From: Octopus vulgaris
Lineage: Eukaryota
Assembly: GCA_951406725.2 (NCBI GenBank)
Contig: OX597814.1
Coordinates: forward strand, 14,012,001-14,076,000
Reading direction: 5' to 3'
Length of the DNA stretch: 64,000 bases
Position numbers and translations under genes: made by a program. The notes beneath the pieces are model-generated. The model ran no database searches and had not been told where the DNA came from. It was given only the letters and a program-made list of their open reading frames with translations. Positions 12,100 through 25,262 of the stretch are shown here, piece by piece. Within the stretch, counting starts at the first letter, position 1, and each line of letters starts with the position of its first letter.

Positions 12100-13048
12100 C
12101 AACTCCCACCATCCATACAGTGTAAAGAGAGGGATTGCTCAGTGCCTAAACATCGAGCAATGAAATTAAGTAGCGATCGTGATATCCACCACGAACAAAT
12201 GATCAATCTCAGTAACAATCTATTAAACAACTACCCCAAAAGCATACTCACCACTCCAATTATGAAGAAAAGAGAGATGAAACTGATAAACTGTCCACAG
12301 TCTGTCTACCCTGTGTGAAAGACCGCTCTGAAAAGATACAAAAGATATGCGGCCCATATGACATCAGGAGAGTATTCAAAATTAATACAACACTTCGCAA
12401 ATATCTCCTTCGAGTAAAACCACCAATAGAAGAGAATATGACGAAGAACTACGTGTACTCAATCCCATGCAGCTGTGATAGGTTATACAAAGGTGAAAGA
12501 TGCCGCCCCCTCAAAATAAGAGTAGATGAGCACCGCAAAGCTGTGACACGGGGAGATATTGATTGCTGATCATGTATGGAAGAATGAAGACCATCTCCCC
12601 CAGTGGGATGAAGTTAAAATTATAGACAGAGAACACCACTGGAAAATACGAAACCTAAAAGAAGCAGCACATATGCTAAGACCCAACAACCTCCTAAGCA
12701 AACCGAGTAAAGACATTGGAAACGGTATTAAGGAAGGATATGAGAATATTACATATATAAGCCCTAAAATTCATTCCATAATTGCCCACAGGCATATGGT
12801 GTATATGTTAAGAGCGCAGTCTAGTAACCCCAAGATTCCGAGTTCGATTCCATGCAGTGACTTGAATAGTAATAATAATAATAACATTGAAAAATACCTT
12901 AGGAAAGAGAACCCAGTTTCGAAATTTCCCCAAGACACCTGATGAAGACTGGAGGGTATATAAGCCGAAATGTCGAGTTAACAACAAATAAGATGAGGTC
13001 AAATATAAATAATGTACATAATTCCTTATCTCTTAAATATGGAACTGT
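12100..13048 (+). mobile_element. 5'-truncated Penelope/Poseidon-type PLE (GIY-YIG remnant plus 3' end)
   Basis: LPCVKDRSEKIQKI..NYVYSIPCSCDRLYKGERCRPLKIRVDEHRK..IADHVW..WDEVKII..RNLKEA is a frameshifted GIY-YIG endonuclease. It is followed by a tRNA-like segment and a hammerhead remnant. Confidence 0.85.
12935..12979 (+). ncRNA. Degenerate minimal hammerhead ribozyme
   Basis: ACAC-CTGATGA-AGACT..AGCC-GAAA-TGTC-GAGT, with mismatches in stems I-III. Confidence 0.6.
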
Positions 13049-13879
13049 GTATCAACAGTAATTTGTAATTTCAGGTTCAATATTACATTTGACGCAGGAA
13101 TTTTATTTATCTATTTATTTATTTATTTTGATTGCTTGAATTAGACAACCAAGAGACATATTTCGGATAACCACTAATAAAAAGGCACTAAATAATTAAG
13201 CCTCTCTAGCTGTGTGCAAAATAACACGAAATAATTTTATTCACTAGACCAGCAAAATCAGGACCTCTGTACTGTGTAATGGTAAATGGTTCAAATACAA
13301 CAATCCCTCATCATATCGCGGTTTCTTAATTAAGCTTACGTCGATTGCTCCGTGGTATTGTTTTGCTTTTATAATAAAATAAGTACATACAAATTATAGA
13401 AATAAGTAAAAAATATACATTACAGTACTGCTTATACTTCACTTATTTTTACTGTATTAACAAATGAACCACAAAATCTAAAATAGCACAAAGACATATG
13501 TGTGGGGTGAGAGAGAGAGAGAGAGAAACAATAGAAAAGAGAGCAGTTGAATGACAGAACAAAATGACGAATTGCAGCAATTATTTTAAGTAGCTATTCA
13601 CTTACAAATGCTAGTACACATTGTACTATAAATAAGAATGTAAGCAGATGCTAAATTATCTACAAACTAATGTAGAGATATTGAAAAGGTCGAAATGGAA
13701 CCGTAAACCTATTCAAAAATTAAAATATAAATGTAAAAGAACCAGTGAAAAAGAACCACATATTAGTAAGTGAAGCAATCACGAATGTGGTTAACTATAA
13801 AGGATAATCGTAAGGAAGTTAATGACCGTGACGTGTGCAGTAAAATTTGAAACTACTCCAGTGTGTATCGAACACAAAT

Positions 13880-14000
13880 ACTGACGGTCCAACTGCGCCT
13901 TCGTTTTTCTTGGGGCGCCAGTCCTTTGGCGATCTATATATTGACCAGCCTCCGAAAATAACTTCCACGCTTGCACGCTAGCCGTTTAGTAGTACTGCAC
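13880..14000 (-). mobile_element. Tc1-like transposase HTH fragment
   Basis: AWKLFSEAGQYIDRQRTGAPRKTKAQLDRQYL contains a GRPR-like linker. Confidence 0.5.
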
Positions 14001-14059
14001 TTTAGTAGTTTGCTGATGTTCGAAAAGGAAACTGTTTGCTACTGGAATAACACGAGTTT

Positions 14060-15700
14060 TGCTCTCTTGATTGGACTACGTTTCTAGCCCTATTTTCCTT
14101 CTTAGGTGGAAGGTGAAGAAATTCACCAACCCAGGGCCAGAGATAAGAATGCCTGTTATTAAACCTTTTATTCGCGTCTTCCGAATCACCTTTCCTGCAA
14201 TTGCTACTACGGTGAGAAAACAATTCTTACCTTCTTTCGCTAGGAAATCCGGTGGGTCAATTTTTACTATTGACTCAGTCGATAACTGTAATCTTCCTGT
14301 ACTAGACAATGGTTGTTCGGCATAAACCCACACATCTGAAACCAGCGAACACTGAACAATAGCATGCGGGACAGTTTCCCTGACTCGCCCACATCTTGGA
14401 TAGGTCGTTGGGTTAGGGCCACCATGACTGCGAGTTTGTCCCTGACAGGTAAGGCTCCTCAGTAACATTGCCATCCTAAAGACGTCTGAAAGTTATCCAG
14501 TGTCTTCGGCCCGAATGTACGTTGGAACAGATTGGCCAGCTGATTATTGTCGAGACGTAGGGCTTCCCCAAGCTATCGTCACATTTCGCCTCTACCAACC
14601 CTCTATAGAAGAATGTGGTAGAACCACTACCGCAGGTGCTGCCCGAGAGATGGAATATCCGGAGAGCTTTAAGACACTCCGTACACCATGTACTCAGCTT
14701 CGATCTACGATAGAACTAGATCTCCAGTCCACCGAAGCAAGTGAACTTGGAAAACAACTGTTTCGCCAGCGTAGACCACACCCGATCATCATCCAGATGC
14801 CTCAACCTCAGCGCGTGCATGCGCATCATCAGCCAAGACATCCCTAGCCCACCCTTTAACGGTTGTTGGCGGTAAATAGAGAGTCTCACAAGCGTATTCG
14901 AACCCTTCCACAGGAAGCGGAAGAGCTGTCTTTCCAGCTTGCTCATCAACGAATCAGGGCAGGGAACGACGGTTAGGCGATGCAATTGGCCAGCTCCGCC
15001 CTCTTGGGCTCAATTTTCGCATCAATGGCTGAGGAAGCTAATACCCAGGCCGAACTTTGCCAGAACGGACACCGGGTAATGATGGTCTACCCTATCAAAA
15101 GCCTTTGAATCGTCTAAATCGACAACTGGCCCTTCTTTGCAAGAATCATTATGAAACCCTTCTACAGTGTACTGTAGATGATGGAGATTATCCTGAATGG
15201 TTCTACCGGGAAACGGCATATGCCTGTGCCTTCCCGATCAAGCCATCCGCGACACGCGCCATTATTTTCTAGAACACTTTGGCCAAAATCTTCAACTCTG
15301 TGTTTAGCAGAGTGATGGTCCGAAAATTATCAATGCAGTCCCCCCTTGTTCGGGTCCTTTCTGACAACCTTCACCACTCCCAGGCGCACATATCTGGGAA
15401 TGAACCCATCCTGCTGCCAGTTCACGTAGACATTCGCCAGCAGGTGCCCGAACAAGTCTGGCATACTTTTATACAGTTCATAGGGTATACCATCCAGTCC
15501 CGGTGCCTTAACCGCTTCGCGGTGCGCCATAGCCTCAATTACCTCCTCAGGCGTGATCGGCCCTTCACAACACTCCGCGTCAAGCTCCGAGAGGCTCGGC
15601 AGCCCGGCGATGAAATCCGTTAGGTCCCTCTTACTGTCCGGTCCGCTTCCCCACCCCGAAAATCTGGGCGAAGTGCTCCTGAAAGACCTCACGCATCTCC
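14060..15700 (-). pseudogene. Decayed L1-Tx1 clade ORF2 (RT fragment and C-terminal Zn-finger region), internally deleted
   Basis: KAPGLDGIPYELY, NFRTITLLNTELKILAKV, SKAFDRVDH, KLERQLFRFLWKG..KGGLG and PRCG..ETVPHAIVQC. The central YADD region is missing near 15000. Confidence 0.85.
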
Positions 15701-15954
15701 TCGTATCTTATAATCTTGCTTTATACATATAGTTGTTTTAATATTTTCCATGTTAAATTAATCAGTACCTCTTCCCCAAATTCCAGTTATTCTTGTAGAC
15801 CCAGAGATGTTACTCTCCAAAAGCCCCTATTTCTAATTCTACCTACGATCAGAATGAATTCCCTATGTTCAAGCTACACATCGACGTTAGCCGTTTTGTT
15901 TGGAATGGTGTTAGTAACTATTTTTTGAGTTTTTGTGTCTACAACATGAATTTC

Positions 15955-16145
15955 GTTGGCGCTCCTGGAGTCTTACATGCGTAGCGGGCATGCTACCTGC
16001 AGCCTAGTGTACCATGCTAGTCGTTCATCTAATAATTTCCTGATTATTCTGATCCTGCAGGCAAATATTTGTAATAGTTCTACTGAGCACTCTATTCCAA
16101 TTTCCTTGATATTCCTATTGATGTCGTCTCATGCTGTCTACAATG
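15955..16145 (-). mobile_element. R4/Dong-like LINE 3' fragment (same family as 23005-23550)
   Basis: Near-identical to 23005-23208. It covers the ORF C-terminus and 3' UTR. Confidence 0.7.
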
Positions 16146-18084
16146 ACATGATCTCTTACTCTGGATCATTATTTGTTACTTGAATTGCGACTGTATGTAT
16201 GTCTATTAACTTATTTCTGACAGTGGAGTTTTTTTTTATGTTAAGGTAACAATTGCACGCCACTTGTTTCTACTGATCTCCTGTATTTTGTTTATCAAGC
16301 CAATCAACCTGAAAGTATTTGTGGAGTTCGTTTTCTTCCAATTCTTAAGATTTCAGCATCTTATGTAATGTGGAACTACTATTTATTATTTCTTTTCAAG
16401 TTTTGATATAAGTGTTTTCTATAATAATATGGGAACCATGATATCCTGTTTTACATATGTATTCTCATAATGTGCAGCGAGGCATGCTTCTAAAATTTTT
16501 CTGCAACCATTTCATGCGTGCGTGTTTTTCTCTTATTTCTTTCCTTTTTTATTATATTCGATATATGCTTGATTAACCAACTGCTGTTGTTTGCGAAAAG
16601 CAAATTTGATCGTGCTTTTGCTCCTCTTACAACGTGTTATTATTTCGAAAGCCAACTTGTTATATATTACGAGAGTAATGGCTTTGAAATAATATTGCTA
16701 CGTATGTTACAAATGTAAAGAAGTTCTTATGGTTTCTTAAGCTCTAAATCTTGTATCATTTTACTGTCAGGATTTTCCTAATGGTACCATTTTGTTGATG
16801 AATATATATTTCTAGAGATATATTTTCGGTATACTTGTTTATCGTATTACTCATTTCCCTTTCACTTCAATATTTCAAAAACTGGTTACAGATATGTATA
16901 TTCCAACTAAAATTCCTTACTGATATTTTATTGATATATTTCTTGTTCTACTGATATTATTGATATAATTATCGTCATCAAGTTTTCAAGTTACTAAATT
17001 TCTATTGCACTGCTTCCGAAAACTATTTCGATCAGAAGGGATCAAGTTACTTATTTATACCCTTGGTAAATATGATCGGATATTTTGTATGGATTCCTGT
17101 CTCAGTTCGGACAGATATGGTGATTATATTCGTATCAGGTGTGTTATTATTTACAGCATTTAAAATACTATTTTTCAGCAGTCATAACTGCATTTAAAGA
17201 CTACGCAGCACAAAAAGTTACGACGCTATGCTCAAAATATGTCATATTTTTCTTGTATTGCAGCAGCATAAATAAATATATGCATAGTACCTAACCGTAA
17301 TATTTCATGTTTCTTTGACTTATTTTGTATATACGTAACAGTAGGTTTCTGAGGATATTTAGGTATTAGATCCCCACAAGACAGATAAACTTGTAAAACA
17401 AGATATTAAAATCTATGCAGTTATTGCTACCTTATGCAGGGTTTAAATATTGCCAGATCCCTAATTGCTGGAAACTCTAATATACTGGTTGCGATGGAAC
17501 TAGAAGCTTTTCGCAAGGTTGTTTTAACTCTATTGAAAAGAGGATGAAAACATTACCTTTACTGATCCAAGAAAATAGATGCACGCAATCTCCAAGAGCT
17601 TCAGATGGCGTAGTAGAATCTTAAAACTATAGAGTACAGGGGTATTCGATGCAAGTTGAATGTACCAATTTGTGAATGAAAAGATGCAGGAAAACCATTT
17701 GATCAGTGTCAAGTGGCTGCTTACAATGTTATCATTGCAGGCATTAATCTTACTCTGCTGAGTAAAACCTTCGACCAAGGCCAAGCATCTACGAGCTGAA
17801 ATGCTAGATCGCATCTTGCAAGCGCTTTCTGATATCCCTAAAATGATGCGTACAAAGCATTCAGGAACTATAATGCGTTTCGAAGTGGTGTGTAAAAATG
17901 GCCATGTCATACACACAATCTCACATTGTTTTTCAAAGCGCAGGTGATCTTATTAATTCTGCAGCATCCGTTGGAATGGTAGTGGGGGTTGTTAACCCTG
18001 AGATCGATGAAGTATGGAGTAGACGGTTATATGGGTTTCAAAAAGATCAAGCACAATCTCAAAACCTTACGTAAATAAAAATGT

Positions 18085-18260
18085 GTGACAACCGATGCTG
18101 GTGTGTTTACGTCCCCGTAACCTAGCAGTTTGGCAAAAGAGACAGATAGAATAAGTACTAGGCTTACAAAGAATAAGTCCGGGGATCGATTTACTCGACT
18201 AAAGACGGTCCTCCATCATGGCCGCAGTCAAAGGACTGAAACAAATAAAAGAATAAAAGA

Positions 18261-18262
<2 letters not shown>
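18085..18262 (+). mobile_element. SINE family C, 3' half
   Basis: Matches the tail of 23668-24081 (..CATGGCCGCAGTCAA..ACTGAAACAAATAAAAGA). Confidence 0.85.
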
Positions 18263-18702
<440 letters not shown>

Positions 18703-18727
18703 CACACACATATATATATATATATTT

Positions 18728-18806
<79 letters not shown>

Positions 18807-19584
18807 CGAAGAATAGAAAGCGGAAACACGCAAAAGATGTTATTTAGATCCTTGGTGATATAGGATACAGATGATGTAAATAACATCCCGTGAGTTTGTC
18901 TCCATTTTCTATTATTCTTATATTCCCCAAAACAGATCTCACTTCTCCACGGACTTATCTCCCACGCATGAGTGATTACTAATTTCTTAGGCTCTTACGT
19001 AATATTTAGCTACCCTGTAACTTCTCCTCTGGTTATTGTAAGAATATATATTACTTGGAAAGAAAAGAGTGGATTTTCATTTAGGTATATTGATTCTAAC
19101 AGGAATCTACAGAATTTCCTTTTAACGTACCGCAGCATTTTCTCACAGAAAGACAAGAATTGACAGCTGAGACTCTCAACACCTGGCCTATGCCAAGCCG
19201 ATTTATGTATTCTTCACTTGACCCTTTTAACTCCTCCTATACAGACAATAGTTGACAAGAGGTAAAGAAGATACATATAGCAATTCTCATTGTTTTGAGA
19301 GCGATATGTCTGTCTTTCTCGTTACGTTGCAATCATAAAAAATACGGAAAATTATCAAGCCTAAGTCAGTTGTGTGAAAGGATTTCGGTTCAAGGAGTTG
19401 AAGAGAAGTCAGCTAGAGACAAGGGATGACTATCATTGTGACCGTCTTTTATTCCATTTCACAGACTCTCATTTTCTTCTCTATAACATCACCGAATCTT
19501 CCTCGTGTACTAGCCATTGATCTCTCTTTCTCTCTCTCTCTCTCTCCATCTCTCTCCATCTCCCTATACTGTAGCAGGAGGTTC

Positions 19585-19945
19585 AACTTGTTGCAAAAAA
19601 CCCTTATTATTATAAGTATATATATATATATATATATATATACTTATAATAATAAGGGTTTTTTGCAACAAGTTGCTTAAACCACATACCGAAAATATTA
19701 GAAATAGCAGTCAAATTTCCTCTTACTACAAAAATAAGTCTCCACAGACATAATTAATCCGAAGACTGTGTGGTTTCGTTGTTTTTCTTCTTTTTTTTTT
19801 GCCATAAGTGAGTCACAAATATTGTTGTCTGTGGAGACTTATTTTTGTAGTAAGAGGAAATAGTAGTCCTTTGACTGCTATTTCTAATATTTTCGGTATG
19901 TGGTTTAAGCCACTTTGTGCCAAAAACACTTATTATTATAAGTAT
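19585..19945. mobile_element. Fold-back element (arms ~19641-19752 and ~19826-19943) with an extra inverted end copy at 19585-19620
   Basis: Imperfect ~110-bp inverted repeats around a ~70-bp spacer, inserted in TA. Confidence 0.65.
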
Positions 19946-20252
19946 ATAATTTTTTATCGAATATGGTCCTTTTCCATACCGAAATACTACTAGGTGAAAT
20001 TTGTTGATTTTATTAACTTAATTATATTTCACCCTTCATCTGTATTGACTATATATATATATATTCAAACATTTTGTGACAATTTGTAACAATTTGGGAT
20101 GGCATGTGTTTATAATCATAAAAATGATTATATCTGCCTTGATCTGCCTTCGATCTGGCGGTTTTATGCCATTCATTTATATCAATACACATATAAAATC
20201 ATCCTACGGGTTGTTGCTGTTTTATTTATTGTTATCTGTGTAACCCGTAACA

Positions 20253-20303
<51 letters not shown>

Positions 20304-21099
20304 ATGTATGCGTTTGCAAGTCTCTGCTCCGTATGATTCATATGATCTCGCTCACTGCCACTTACAGGAAATTAGTATTCATAATGAATTTGTCTTTCCT
20401 CAAGGCTGTCTTTAATCGGTTTACTAATGAGAATATGATAGTTTTATTAATAAACCCATGTAACAGCTATATCCTTGTTTGCATTCGTTTATCCTCAGCA
20501 ACATATAGATTTGTTCTCTGAGTTTATTCATAACCAGAAGACCTGAGATATTCATACTGGTGTTGCCACATGTAACACTATTATATTTCTACTCACATCG
20601 TTGTAAAGTATTACTGTCTTGGTACGAAAACATTTCTTTTTATTCGAAGTATCGATGTACGGCTCATTAAGGCCGATTCTTTGCGATAATTTATCAGGCC
20701 TTCAATTTGTAAACTTTATTGATACCTTCTTGACATTTTTATCCAATATGACCTCCCCTTGATTTCAGGTATTGCAGCTATACTCGTGTAAGTTTGAAAT
20801 TTAAAAATTTTATTTTTGTTGGTTCATTTTGCTCATTTTGATGTTTTCGGTACAAGTCAAGGATTTGTTAATTTAAATATCCTTATCTGTGTTTCCATAT
20901 GGGTCAAAAGTAATTGCTTTTTGTTCCCCAACGCTACAAATTGCAAAGCAAGCGTTTTCTACCTCAGCCACAACCATTCGTATAGCACAATCTGTTTTCA
21001 AAGACAGGGTGGTAGACAACGAAAGAACTTAATATATTTGGGAAAATTAGAAAATAAAATACATCAGTGCCAAAATCTATTTCCAGAGACCAATGGTAA

Positions 21100-21290
21100 T
21101 TAAGGTGGTGAGATGGCAAAATCGTTAGCAGGCTGGGCGTTATGTTCTCAGTTTGAAATTTTGCCGACGTCGATTTTGCTTTTCATCATTCGGGGTCTAT
21201 AGATTAAGCGCCGGCGAAACGTTGGGACCGATGTTAGCGACTAGTCCCCTCCCACAAAATGTTAGGCTTTATACTTTCAATAGTAATGTT
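21100..21290 (+). mobile_element. Diverged SINE family B copy
   Basis: AAGGTGGTGAGATGGCAAAATCGTTAGCA..TTTCATCATTCGGGGTC is a degraded version of the family B head and core. Confidence 0.6.
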
Positions 21291-21304
21291 TATCATTATC
21301 GTTA

Positions 21305-22092
21305 TTGAGTGAAAGAGCAGCGCAAGCCAACAAAGTGACAATATACGAAGATAGTATACCCACCAAGACTACTCGCCTGATAAGAGTACGCCAGGCATAT
21401 GCATAACAACCGTATATGCGCGACATGGTGACATTATATCAAGATACCTATTTCTTTATTACCCACAAGGGACTAAACACAGAGGGGACAAACAAGGACA
21501 GACATAGGTATTAAGTCGATCACATCGACCCAAGTGCGTAACTGGTATTTATTTAATCGACCCCGAAAGGATGAAAGGTAAAGTCGACCTCGGCGGAATT
21601 TGAACTCACAACGTAACGGCAGACGAAATACCGCTAAGCATTTCGCCCGGCGCGCTAACGTTTCTGCCAGCATGGACTTACACATGAGGCCCAGTTAGCA
21701 TTTTCTTCAGGTTGAGTCGCCCGTCCCGCTCATAAGGTCCTTCGTTAAGAGTTGTTTGCCTCTCAACACATGGCTATGATGCTCCCCCACTACTTCTGCT
21801 CGTGGTCAGAGATGCACGTATCGTCAGCCACTAAGAGACATGCTCAACTGGTTAACGTCAAACAACTGACAAGCAAATTTGTGGTATTGAGCAGAATATT
21901 TGATGTAGCCCATCTTTTCTACCAAGACAAAACAATGTACATGAAAACACTTCCATTCAGTTAAGATCCGAAGCCATGAGAATCACCGCCTGGTACAGCA
22001 TCAGGGCATTGAGAGTCACCGCCTAGTGCAGCATCAGGGCATTGAGAGCCACCGCATGGTACAGCATCAGGCCATGGCCATCGCCTGGTACA
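21305..22092 (-). mobile_element. ~555-bp TAA-associated non-autonomous element, interrupted by a SINE, with a tandemly reiterated 5' end
   Basis: Colinear with 41884-42441 (reverse complement). A ~31-bp unit is repeated about 4 times at 21978-22092. Confidence 0.8.
21448..21670 (-). mobile_element. SINE family B (nested insertion)
   Basis: Same sequence as 8555-8780. Confidence 0.9.
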
Positions 22093-22122
22093 GAATTATT
22101 ATTATTATTACTATTATTATTA

Positions 22123-22587
22123 TTGAGTGAGAGAGCAGTTCATGCCATCAAAGTGACACTGGGGTAAAATATACGAAGCCCAATATACCCATCATGACTA
22201 CCCGTCTGATAAGGGTACACCAGGCACATGCATCACAACCATATGTGCGCGACATGGGGATCTCATATCAAGATAAACAGCACATGACCTTGCAGGTGGG
22301 GCCCAGTTAGAAATTTCTTCAGGTTGAGTAGCCCATCCCGCTCAAAAGGTCCCTGAATAAGGGTTGTTTAAGGATGTTGAAAGAACCACCCATGTTTCCA
22401 GAGGTGAATTATTCAAACCCCCAAAGAATCCCTCTCAACACATGGCTATGATGCTCCCCCACTACTTCTGCTCGTGATCAGAGATGCACATATCGTCAGC
22501 CACTAGGGGACATGCTCAACTGGTTAAGGTCAAACAACTGACAAGCAAATCTGTGGTATTGAGCAGAATATTTGCTGTAGCCCGTCC

Positions 22588-22590
<3 letters not shown>
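22123..22590 (-). mobile_element. 5'-truncated copy of the ~555-bp TAA-associated element
   Basis: Very similar to the reverse complement of 41977-42441, with (TTA)n on both sides. Confidence 0.85.
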
Positions 22591-22667
<77 letters not shown>

Positions 22668-22669
<2 letters not shown>

Positions 22670-22901
22670 TATGTTTGACTGTTGCTTTATATTTGTACAA
22701 GTTGGCTCCAAGTCTCACCCAGAGACCTCAAGAGACACCAGGGTTGGAAGTTCATGTTGTTGTTATGCCTAGTGTGCCATATATTTGGGGGGTGAGGATG
22801 TACTAATGAATGTCTAAAAAAAAAAGTTGTTTTTTTTTTTTTTTAAACCGAAAATTATGTTTGTTTTAAACCTTGAGATTACATAGAGAGTATTTTGCGT
22901 A
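22668..22901 (-). mobile_element. 3' end of the R4/Dong family found at 37.0-41.8 kb
   Basis: Reverse complement of 41583-41818 (RKILSM* plus 3' UTR), embedded in (TTA)n. Confidence 0.9.
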
Positions 22902-22979
<78 letters not shown>

Positions 22980-22999
22980 TCTCTTTATCACAGCATTTG

Positions 23000-23550
23000 T
23001 CATTTTGTTGGCGCTCCTGGAGTCTTACATGCGTAGCGGGCATGCGACGTGCAGCCTAGTGTACCATGCTAGTCGTTCATTTCAGCTATCTAATACTTTC
23101 CTGATTATTCTGATCCTGCAGGCAAATATTTGTAAAGGTTCTACTGAGCACTCTATTCCAATTTCCTTGATATTCCTCTTGATGTCGCCTCATGCTGTCT
23201 ACAATGACCCAAAAATATTTGGCAGTATCTTCACATTCTTCATTTTTCATAGCCGGGCTATTTCGTACTTACGTGGGTTGTATTTATCTAATTTGTCGCT
23301 TTCTTTCTTGAATATTAGTGGGGTAAATGTGGAATGCAATATTAACAATATAGCACAGCTGGATCCTCTTGTTGGCCACCACTAGGTTCGGTCTGTTATG
23401 CTCTTGCACCTGGTCTGTTTGGATTAGGAAATCCCAGAGGATTTTGCTAGACTCCGACTGCGCTACTCTCTGAGGTTTGCGCTCATAACACGTCTTGCCT
23501 CTCTCTATCCCCCACAGTTTCGCAATTTTCAATGTAGCACTTTCGCTACC
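23000..23550 (-). mobile_element. R4/Dong-like LINE 3' fragment (RLE domain)
   Basis: KILWDFLIQTDQVQEHNRPNLVV..CYIVNIA resembles a PD-(D/E)xK endonuclease. It lies adjacent to (TTA)n. Confidence 0.8.
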
Positions 23551-23667
23551 TATTATTATTATTATTACTATTATTATTTGACATTTGATAGTTCCCCAAA
23601 AATTTTTTCTCTATCAACTGTTATACTCCAGTGGGGCTGTGGTATATGCATCTTTGTGTGGCCATTT

Positions 23668-24081
23668 TACTCTTTTACTCTTTTACTTGTTTCAGTCATT
23701 TGACTGCGGCCATGCTGGAGCACCGCCTTTAGTCGAGCAGATCGACCCCGGGACTTATTCTTTGTAAGCCCAGTACTTATTCTATCGGTCTATTTTGCCG
23801 AACCGCTAAGTGACAGGGATATAAACACACCAGCATCGGTTGACAAGCAATGCTAGGGGGACAAACACAGACACACAAACATATACACACACATACATAT
23901 ATATATACATATATATGACAGGGTTCTTTCAGTTTCCGTCTACCAAATCCACTCACAAGGCATTGGTCGGCCCGGGGCTATAGCGAAAGACACTTGCCCA
24001 AGATGCCACGCAGTGGAACTGAACCCGGATCCATGTGGTTAGTAAGCAAGCTACTTACCACACAGCCACTCCTGCGCCTAT
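23668..24081 (-). mobile_element. tRNA-derived SINE family C, full length, with internal TA/TG microsatellite
   Basis: Head AGGCGCAGGAGTGGCTGTGTGGTAAG and B box GGTTCAGTTCC. The tail ends in (GTAAAAGA)n. Confidence 0.9.
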
Positions 24082-24514
24082 GTTTATCTTCTCTGTTTTT
24101 TGCTGTTGTTGCATGAGTACAATGTCTTCCTGATATTGTATTGTATCTATGTTTTTATGTGCTTTGGTCACCGTCTTTTGTTTTATCTGTGTTTATATAG
24201 TGTTTTGTGTGTATAATGCGAGTTATGTTCTTCTATTGGGCCTATTAGTACATATTATAGGGTTTGTTTACTTTATTGAATATTCCCCATCTTTTACTCT
24301 TTCTGTCTAATTGCCTGTGGGCCTCTCTCTGTCTATTTCTTTCTCTAGATAATTATTTTCTAGATAATTACTTTCTTCAATGTTTCCATTTCTTGACGAA
24401 TGTCTTCCCGACACCTAGAGAAAAGAAACACAGCTCTATACTTGATAAGTCAATAAAACAAACATACCAGATTGGTCATTTACAAAAGCCAACTAAAGTT
24501 ATATAGAAAAATAT

Positions 24515-24585
24515 TATCATTATTATTATTATTATCATTATTATTATTATCATTATTATTATTATCATTATTATTATTATTATTT

Positions 24586-24634
<49 letters not shown>

Positions 24635-24690
24635 CACTAGTAGTAGAAGTAGTAGCGGCAGCAGCAGCAATAGTAGTAGTAGTATAGCAG
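24515..24690. repeat. Compound (TTA/TCA)n-(TAG)n-(CAG)n microsatellite
   Basis: Read directly from the sequence. Confidence 0.9.
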
Positions 24691-24929
24691 CTACAGGAGC
24701 AGGAAGGGAATTGTAATAATGTTATTTTTTCAGAATAATGATTTTATGCCCAAAGCGGACTGCACTGATTTTTTCTGTAATTTTGCTGATATTCATATAA
24801 AGAAGCTAATCCGCTACATTTGGTGCAATTTTATCACTTTTAATACTGCCAATCAAGATAGTAATGTGTTTTAGGAGTTTGTAATTTGAAAATTTCATTT
24901 TCTTTCTTTTTATATAAAATAATGCACTA

Positions 24930-24931
24930 TC

Positions 24932-25003
<72 letters not shown>

Positions 25004-25262
25004 TTATATATATATATATAAGCATGCGTGTGTGTGTTTGTGCGTCTGTGTTTGTCCCCCCAGCATTGCTTAACAACCGATGATGCTGTGTTTACGACCC
25101 CGTCCATTAGCGGTTCGGCAAAAATAGACCGATAGAATAAGTACTGGGCTTACAAAGAATAAGTCTCGGGGTCGATTTGCTCGACTAAAAGGCGGTGCAC
25201 CAGCATGGCCGCAGTCAAATGACTGAAACAAGTAAAAGAGTAAAGAGTAAGAGTAAAGAGTA
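24930..25262 (+). mobile_element. SINE family C, 3' half with expanded internal (TA)n
   Basis: Matches the reverse complement of 23668-23920. Confidence 0.85.

Noticed and set aside
17530-17916. 128-aa minus-strand ORF as a gene
   Set aside because: It has no recognisable domain, and the more protein-like signal is on the opposite strand and disrupted.
20330-21000. Possible very old LINE remnants (also 11080-12100 and 26100-26720)
   Set aside because: They are too degraded for any motif to be assigned with confidence by eye.
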